A DNA stretch of 64,000 nucleotides, from the NCBI RefSeq assembly GCF_044704955.1, contig NC_091999.1, positions 65,534,001-65,598,000 on the forward strand, written 5' to 3'. Of this stretch, positions 63,336-64,000 are shown piece by piece. Numbering within the stretch: position 1 is the first letter of the stretch; each line of letters begins with the position of its first letter. The notes under the pieces are model-generated. The model worked only from the letters and a program-made list of their open reading frames with translations, ran no database searches and had not been told where the DNA came from. Both the position numbers and the translations under genes were made by a program. The stretch is from Pristiophorus japonicus (Eukaryota).

Positions 63336-64000
63336 CATAGGAAGTCCCTCCGGATCGAGGAAGATGTGTTTCCACTCTTAGCATGAGTTCTTAGGTGGTT
63401 GCACAGTACAATGCTTGAACCACTCTTTCTGTCACAGGTGGGACAGATAATCATTGAGGGAAAGTGTAGACATAGAACCTGGTTTGCCGTATGCTCATTC
63501 CATTGCCTGCACTTCATTTCTGCATGCTATCGGTGATGTTACTCGAGAAGCTCAGTGCCCTCCCGAATGCACTTCATCCACTTAGGGCGGTCTATGGCCA
63601 AGGAGTCCCAGGTATCAGTGGGGTTGTCACACTTTATCAGGGAAGCTTTGAGGGTGTCTTTGTGACGTTTCCTCTGCCCGCCTGTGGCTTGTTTGCCCTG
63701 GACGAGTTCAGAAAAGAGTGCTTGATTTGGGAGTTTCAAGTCTGGCATGCGAAATATGTGGTCTGACCAGCGGAGCTGTTCACGTGTGGTCAGTGCTTCA
63801 ATGCTGGGGATGTTGGCCTGGACGAGGACGCTAATGTTTCTGTGTCTGTCCCCCCAGAGGATTTGCAGGATGTTGTGGAGACATTGCTGTTGGTAGTTCT
63901 CCAGCAACTTGCGGTGTCTACTGTACATGGTCTAAGTCTCTGAGCCATACAGGAGGGCGGGCATTACTACAGCCCTGTAGACCATGAGCTTGGTGACAAT
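63336..64000 (-). mobile_element. RTE-clade LINE 3' part, running off the window
   Basis: QLRWSDHIFRMPDLKLPNQALFSEL..GGQRKRHKDTLKASL; C-terminal CPTCDR..HLRTH zinc finger. Confidence 0.9.

Overview
This is eukaryotic, repeat-rich vertebrate DNA. The repeat families (CR1, L2 and RTE LINEs, Deu-domain SINEs, a ~67-bp GGGAGTGTTTGATGGGACAG satellite) and the receptor family point to a cartilaginous fish (shark). The only near-intact host gene is a two-exon class A GPCR of the expanded chondrichthyan GPR139-like family on the minus strand (exon 1 25024-24955, exon 2 19393-18564). It carries a single extra T just after TM7 that removes helix 8. The gene lies in the ~41.5-kb spacer of an old inverted segmental duplication (about 1-6540 versus 48100-53990). 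Other content: a near full-length CR1, a young 5'-truncated CR1 in the GPCR intron, a tRNA-headed LINE, and an L2. There is also an internally deleted class III (ERV-L/S-like) provirus with both LTRs, a tRNA-Lys-like PBS, a 5-bp TSD and an env remnant, plus a C2H2 zinc-finger pseudogene and large 27-bp minisatellite arrays. The least explained structures are a ~1-kb unique module present three times, each followed by (TCCA)n and a 27-bp array, and a higher-order tandem built from a CR1 fragment plus that satellite. I see no CRISPR array or prokaryotic system. Repeat boundaries and identity values are approximate, read by eye.
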